NCBI GenBank assembly: GCA_002811645.1
Contig: PDIP01000045.1
Span: forward strand, 25,981-89,980
Reading direction: 5' to 3'
DNA length: 64,000 nucleotides
Source of the DNA: Corallochytrium limacisporum Hawaii
Taxonomy: Eukaryota > Protista > Pluriformea
Positions 58,146-64,000 of this stretch are shown piece by piece (position 1 is the stretch's first letter; each line of letters begins with the position of its first letter). Made by a program: the position numbers and the translations under genes. The notes beneath the pieces were generated by a model that was not told the DNA's origin, ran no database searches, and saw nothing but the letters and a program-made list of their open reading frames with translations.

Positions 58146-59198
58146 CTATTTGATTCCCGATGATTTCTTCTTCTTGATTTGCTTTATATTTGACCGTGTT
58201 AGGGCCAACTCTTCTTGGTAATCTCCCAAAATCGTTGGGTGCTCACGCCAGAAATCCTCCCTAATGAGATCTGTGTGCAACACCTGGATGACCGGCTTGG
58301 TGCGTGTCTTGGTGCGGCCTGTGTCATTGCCACTTCGATCACGTTCTGGGACGATGACCTCCCTTGTGCCTTGAATTAGAATGGATCCCTTCCGGTATCG
58401 CGGCTCTAGATTATTGTAATTGATCCCAAACTTGCTGAACAAAATTTCGTTCTTGTCCCCGCTGAGTGTGCCACACAGGTCTTGCTCCGCTGCCTGCGGG
58501 GAAAGTCCTCCGTCCTGCACCAACGTCCAGAAGACAGTGTTGTAAAGGTTGTTAATGTGACAGTCAGCCTGTCGCCAGCTGAGGTAGTCCCGCAATGTTC
58601 GCACGTCCGGGTACTCCACAACGCGGCCATCAAAGGCAGGAGGGTATTGCAAAGGCACATACTTTGTATCGTCCTGAGATCTGATAGCAACGGGCTTTGT
58701 GTGGTCGAAGTCATCCGGGTCATGTGTCGGTTCTTCTATACTGTTCATGTATCGATCCCAATAGAAAGTGTACGAACTCGCAAATAGTGCTGCAAATGTT
58801 GTAGCCAGTTTCATTGGCCGCCGTTGGAACAGATTGCACTCTGGTCGGAGCACAAAACTGTATTCATCACTCTGCCCGTAGCTTATACACACGTCCGGAT
58901 GCTGTTTCATGACATGTTGTGCGCAAGCGTCAGCTAGCCGCAAGGCCCTGAGATCATTCGGCTTGGCAAAGTCGTGGTCGTCTGTAAATTTGTGGAATCC
59001 CCGGCCGTCTAGTCGGATCACCAGCCATACATTCGGCAGCGCCGGCATTTCACGCTCGAACTGTTTAACATACTCAAAGTCACTTTTGGCCATCTTCACC
59101 CGATTGGTTGGTACAACGTAGGCTCTCCTTCTACTTCTTTGGACCACAGCCTTTGGTAGTCCCCGAGAAATGTGCCTAACCTGACACAGTCGGAACAT
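58146..59198 (-). CDS. THG1: tRNA-His guanylyltransferase with N-terminal presequence
   Basis: MAKSDFEYVKQFE, RLDGRGFHKF, YGQSDEYSF, FDGR, DYLSWRQADCHINNLYN. Confidence 0.97.
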   Translation of the reverse strand: MFRLCQVRHISRGLPKAVVQRSRRRAYVVPTNRVKMAKSDFEYVKQFEREMPALPNVWLVIRLDGRGFHKFTDDHDFAKPNDLRALRLADACAQHVMKQHPDVCISYGQSDEYSFVLRPECNLFQRRPMKLATTFAALFASSYTFYWDRYMNSIEEPTHDPDDFDHTKPVAIRSQDDTKYVPLQYPPAFDGRVVEYPDVRTLRDYLSWRQADCHINNLYNTVFWTLVQDGGLSPQAAEQDLCGTLSGDKNEILFSKFGINYNNLEPRYRKGSILIQGTREVIVPERDRSGNDTGRTKTRTKPVIQVLHTDLIREDFWREHPTILGDYQEELALTRSNIKQIKKKKSSGIK

Positions 59199-59492
59199 CA
59201 GCCAAGTCGATCACTTTTCCATAGCCTTCTCTGAGTGCTTTGGGTTTGCATATTCTACAGAATGGTACTGGTCGTTTGGTCTCTCCTATCCCAATGTCTA
59301 CGCTCCGAAATAGCTAGCTTCGGCTCCTCGGGCATGTGAATGAGGTGCTCGTGCTGGGAGGGAGCGGGAGTGGCAAGGAACGGGTGGGGAGGGTTACCAG
59401 CAAGGGGAGGGGGAGGTATACGTGACACATTGCTGTGCTGAATATTTTAATGGTTGGTCCACATATTTACTTCTTATTACATGTCGCTGTGA

Positions 59493-62006
59493 TTAGCTCC
59501 ATTGACGCTTGCGACGGTTCTTGGCCCTTTGCAGCGTCTGATGGGCGGTATGCGCGGTGTTCTCGGGCAGGGAAGGAGGCGGCATATTGGCAGAACCGGC
59601 AATATCGACGTGGGAAGCGCCTATCTCATCGTCTCCCTGGTAGCCGTCGTCCTCGGGTTCTTCCGCAAGATGTGCAGCTGCGACATCTTCCGCAACTTCA
59701 CGGGCGATTGCATCTTCAAGGTCCTGCTCATCGTAGGCCAGCACATCGTGTTCCGCCACTTCGAAGTCCTCTTCGTCGTAGCCAACTCCTGCATCCACAC
59801 CCTCAGCTTCCCCGCGAGGCACCTCGTAGCTTTTTCCCATGCTCACATTGGTACCAGTAGTGGGCAGGTAGTCGATTTGCACTTCCTCCTCATCTAAGTA
59901 CTCGATGTCCGGGCCTGGCGAATCGTACTCTACGTATTCATCACGGGCCTCGAAATCGGTGACATCTTCATAGCCGAAATCATAGCCTTCATCATCGATG
60001 TTCTCTTCGCACGGCACGGAATCGATCTCTACAGGGTGTCCGGCGTCGTACTCCTCACCCTCATAAACTTCGTCAACTTCCTGGACAAACGCAGGCTGCT
60101 CAGCTTCCAGAGGCTCCTCCACGTACATTCCGATTTGGTGTGATGCATCTTCGTATTCACGCCGAGGAGTCTGGGTTGATGCGGCTGGGGCACCGTGGTC
60201 GACTTGCACCTCACGGTGGCCGTAGCGCCCGGTACCGTCATCTATCTCGATACTATCGGGTTCGAAGTGCAACCGAGATTCAGGAGCCCGTCCCGTGATC
60301 CGGACTGAAGACTTCGTTTGACCAAACGGCGCGGCCAAATTCTGAATGTCTTCCAGTTCCTTCTGCATTGCATCGCCCTTGGCGCGCTCCTTGTAGGCGC
60401 GTGCCTTGGCTCTCAGTTCCCGGACCTGCTGTAGCCAGTCGGCGTGGGTTTCCTTCTGTTCTTCAGAATACTTCATTGCCCGGTTGGTCTCCTCAGTTGG
60501 TGGAGGCTGAGGATTCCGTTTGGATAATGGTGTGAACATGCGGCGGTACTCCGTCTGGGCTGGACCCCCGTCCTCGAAGAGAACAAAGGGGGGTACAGGG
60601 ATGCTTTTGAACTTTTCGTGAGCTTGTATGGCTGCGCTGCGCTGTGCGGCCTGGGCCGACGACTCGGCCTCGACTGTGTTCTGTTTTGCTTTGAGCTCCT
60701 CCTGCGCTGCCTTTTTGCTGCGCATCTGTGCCCTTTGCTTTATGTGCTCCTGACGATCTTCTAGACTCTGAAGCATATCGACGGCCTCCCGCACCTTGCG
60801 GTCGTGTTCTGGACTGGAGTACTTCTTTTGGTATTCCGATGTAAAAGTGGGAACCGGAGGGATGTAGTGGTATTCCGGTTCGTGCGGCTCGCGTTGAGCC
60901 TGTTCCTCCAGTGCGTTAAATGACTGAAAGTCGTGTTGGTAGACAGACTCATATTCGTCGAACTGCTCCAAAGTATGCTCGTTGGGCAGGAAATCGTCGT
61001 ACGCACCCTGTTGCTGGGTCTTATGTTTGTGGCTAGTGGGTTTCACCTTGGGGCTCTCCGGCCACTGCGTGTGTTGGGATGCCTGTCCGAAGTCCAGTCT
61101 CCGGCTGGCCTGCCCTCGGGGGGTGTGAGTGCCACTTTCTTTTGCCCTCTCATGGGTTGGTACATCTGCGCTGTATGATTCATTGCCCCGTAAGCTACGG
61201 TCCGGTGTCCGCTGGTAGTATAAGGAAGCCTTTCCGGCAGGCCTGGGCTGCGGATATGCTCCCTCTAGTCCAGAAGAAACATCAAGGGCACCCTTAGGAC
61301 CCGCGATGGGCCGCCCGTTGCTTCCAAAGATGTAGTCACCAATGCGACGGATATTATCCACTGGGACGACATGAGGGTATGTGGGAGGCATACCTAGTTT
61401 GCCCATTAAGTAGTCGCCAAGCCGATGGATGTGATCGGTAGCCCCAGTTGTCTTTTTTGTTGGTGACAGCTTTACTCCAGTCGCATTAGGGCCCATAGTG
61501 TGTGTCTGCTTTGACGGAGATCCAGCGGCAGGGACAGATTGGAGGCGCTCATAATCCCGATGTCCTCGGGGCGGACTGAAGTCTGCATCATAAACGCTTT
61601 TGATTCCCTTCATCTGCAAAGAATCCTCTTCTGCTTCTCTCTGTTCAACGTATTCAACGATCTTCTCCAGACCCTCTGTGACGGGGACACTTGCTGCAGG
61701 TATTGGTGAATGCTCCTTGAGACTGTGTGCAAGCTTTGTTGCCCTTTCCGCCTCCCTAATCTCCTTAAACTGTTCAATTGGAATCCCAGCACCCGTCAGC
61801 CCCTTTGGTGGTTTCCGAAAGCTGCGCTTCTTGCGGATATCGGCAAGTCGTTGTTTTCGCCGCTCAAGCGCTGTGGTCGCGGCAGAGCGCTCTTGATTGA
61901 AAAGCACTTTCACAGGTTCTTTACCCTTTGGATTCGGCCTCCGACTGGTCGTACTCTTCTCCTTTGGCTTGACGTACCAGTGCCTTGGCCCATAAGCTCC
62001 CGGCAT
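59493..62006 (-). CDS. MDM1-like centriolar microtubule-binding protein
   Basis: Repeated (S/T)EY-type motifs (ESVYQHDF, TSEYQKKY, QTEYRRMF), WLQQVRELRAKARAYKERAKG, and terminal QTLQRAKNRRKRQW resemble conserved blocks of animal MDM1. Start uncertain. Confidence 0.72.
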   Translation of the reverse strand: MPGAYGPRHWYVKPKEKSTTSRRPNPKGKEPVKVLFNQERSAATTALERRKQRLADIRKKRSFRKPPKGLTGAGIPIEQFKEIREAERATKLAHSLKEHSPIPAASVPVTEGLEKIVEYVEQREAEEDSLQMKGIKSVYDADFSPPRGHRDYERLQSVPAAGSPSKQTHTMGPNATGVKLSPTKKTTGATDHIHRLGDYLMGKLGMPPTYPHVVPVDNIRRIGDYIFGSNGRPIAGPKGALDVSSGLEGAYPQPRPAGKASLYYQRTPDRSLRGNESYSADVPTHERAKESGTHTPRGQASRRLDFGQASQHTQWPESPKVKPTSHKHKTQQQGAYDDFLPNEHTLEQFDEYESVYQHDFQSFNALEEQAQREPHEPEYHYIPPVPTFTSEYQKKYSSPEHDRKVREAVDMLQSLEDRQEHIKQRAQMRSKKAAQEELKAKQNTVEAESSAQAAQRSAAIQAHEKFKSIPVPPFVLFEDGGPAQTEYRRMFTPLSKRNPQPPPTEETNRAMKYSEEQKETHADWLQQVRELRAKARAYKERAKGDAMQKELEDIQNLAAPFGQTKSSVRITGRAPESRLHFEPDSIEIDDGTGRYGHREVQVDHGAPAASTQTPRREYEDASHQIGMYVEEPLEAEQPAFVQEVDEVYEGEEYDAGHPVEIDSVPCEENIDDEGYDFGYEDVTDFEARDEYVEYDSPGPDIEYLDEEEVQIDYLPTTGTNVSMGKSYEVPRGEAEGVDAGVGYDEEDFEVAEHDVLAYDEQDLEDAIAREVAEDVAAAHLAEEPEDDGYQGDDEIGASHVDIAGSANMPPPSLPENTAHTAHQTLQRAKNRRKRQWS

Positions 62007-62907
62007 GGGGATCAAATGTAAATCTTCTGCTTCGAGTGTGGACCCACAGGCGCTTACTCAAGGCTGCAACCCACAACCTTAAATACATTTCTCTTCGGAT
62101 CTTCTAACAGGCAGAGTCCGTGTAGTGTACGGACTCTTCATGAACTACCTTCACCTGCACGCGATTCTCCAGGTACTCCTTTCTTTTCCCCCTGTTGCGT
62201 GAGCAAACGCTGCGCACAGGTGAACAAAATTTCAGCTCAGGACGATGACAAAAACAAAAGTGTCCGGTGCATCAGGAGGCAGATCCCCTTTCCCCTCATC
62301 CAAACACTTTTGAGACCACGGAACTCCCCGGCATCAATTCCAGAGTGCGGGGTTACCGGGGGGGGGGTGCCCCACCTCTCTTCTCAACAAGTAGACAGGG
62401 GCTTGGAGTCGGGAGACTAGGCACTCTAACAATCCCCGTTTTTCACTATAGAGATTGTACCTGCGTATTTCTGAAGGAGGGGAGGCCAGAAATTTCCCTC
62501 CAAAAAGAAGCAACACTCCTGGGCTGTGTATGTTGTATACTACGACCAACCTCCCCCCCCCCGGGGGCTCGATATTCCGAAACGGGAGCCTTTGGCGCTT
62601 TTGCCCGATGGGAAACGGTTGAGAACCCCAGGTATAGAAATTAATCAATAATATATTGATTATTATCATGGATCGGGAGGGATCCTGGGTAGCTTGTGTG
62701 CGCTGTGTTTTCGCGCCCAGACGGCGGGGCAGCCACTTTAAGTAAAAACGGGAAGTGGGTCTTGTCGATGGGAATGGGAATCTTTGGTGACCATATATGA
62801 ACCCATCTCATTGCGGCGGCAAAATAGCCACGGTAGGTAGGCACACTATAGGGCTTGGAATCTATTTGAGGAATGGGTCCAAGCAATAAAGAAATAAGGC
62901 CGAAAGA

Positions 62908-63129
62908 ATGCGACAGAAAACACCAGGCGAAAGTGTTAGGATCACAATGCCGGATACATCACGCCCACGACAGAATGGATCAACAGACATGATCGCTGAA
63001 ATGCATGATATGTGCGCAGTGGCGGGCCTTAAAATGTCCCCTGAAGTCTTTGCCTTGATCTATGGACTTCTGGAGTCTGGAACAAACCCGACGGCATTGA
63101 CAGCAGTATTGAGGAGCATTGCAAATTAG
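62908..63129 (+). CDS. MOZART-family gamma-tubulin complex microprotein (MZT2/MZT1-like)
   Basis: Three-helix pattern EMHDMCAVAGLKMSPEVFALIYGLLESGTNPTALTAVLRSI. Confidence 0.72.
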   Translation: MRQKTPGESVRITMPDTSRPRQNGSTDMIAEMHDMCAVAGLKMSPEVFALIYGLLESGTNPTALTAVLRSIAN

Positions 63130-64000
63130 TTGTACACAAACCTACGAAAAATGACTTTTAGTGCTATTCTCATGGGAAGCCTTTCGGACCGCGAAGACTT
63201 CTGGTACATCTTGGTCAGTTTCAGAAGCTTGCCGGAGTTGATCAATCTTTCTCCCAGGTTCCGCTCACGCGAAGCAATGCAGGAATCCTTTCTTGATGGT
63301 GGTAAGCTGCGATGCTCTTCATTGCAACCGGGTCAACAACACAGAGGACTGACCGCTCTAGTGTGGAGCTTCCCCTGCTTTGAGATCCTGGGAAACTGTC
63401 TTGTCAAGCCTGAGTGGCACGGACGCCAATAGTTGCACCTGGTCGACTGATTCAATCGTGCACGGCGGTCTGTTCACCGATCCTAGTCGGCGACAAATCC
63501 AAACAGTGAAGAGTTAGGGGATCAGCTTATTTCAGACCGGGCAAGAAAACTGTTCTGACGTGAAAGGAAGACGGGCGTATCGGCGAGATATACTCTATGG
63601 TCTGCGGTTTTGCAAAAGGAGGTCTCCCCGAACAGGTGTCGAGAAGCGTGTCGAGAGTGCCTGTGGAGCTGAATGTATGGACCTGTCTGCACCGGCCTGG
63701 CTAGTTGCCACTCGCGGCCGGGAGGGAGTGTAGCATGGCTGGGCCCTCACTTTGCACGAATTCCCCCTCCCTGCCTTGAGTTGTGGTGCAGCCGCAAAAC
63801 GGTTCCTCTCATACTGAATGTATTACATTCTTTTCATCTCAGTGTCTTCTCTTTCTCGATCCACCTCGGTCAGGAAGGGATGCAACCGTTGTGAACGCAA
63901 ACAAAGCAAGAAAGTACCAACCTCTGTTCAATAAAAAAGTGCACAATTTACATTATGGTTTGAAAGCTTCGTTTGAATCGTATAAAATCGGCTTCTTTTG

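Overview
Gene-dense, intron-poor eukaryotic nuclear DNA with two assembly gaps (7301-7514, 11961-12013). The gene set (parvin, RNF34/RFFL-like ligase, MDM1-like, MORN5, membrane-anchored M1 aminopeptidase, plus a fungal/bacterial-type transketolase) suggests a unicellular holozoan. An intron-poor lineage such as Corallochytrium would fit, but this is inference only. About 22 protein genes are supported. Two of them are three-exon genes missing from the ORF track (MORN5, ATP synthase subunit e), and exportin-5 is split by one intron. Most notable observations: (1) a box C/D snoRNA inside the oversized exportin-5 intron, with a 12-nt guide matching a conserved LSU rRNA segment; (2) poly-C/poly-G tracts in nearly every promoter-containing intergenic region and in no convergent one; (3) a ~240-nt multi-helix non-coding element upstream of ATP synthase e; (4) centriole/flagellum-associated genes, including a head-to-head MDM1-like / MOZART-like pair. 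I found no tRNA, rRNA, CRISPR array or recognisable transposon. All family calls come from motif recognition by eye, not from database searches.
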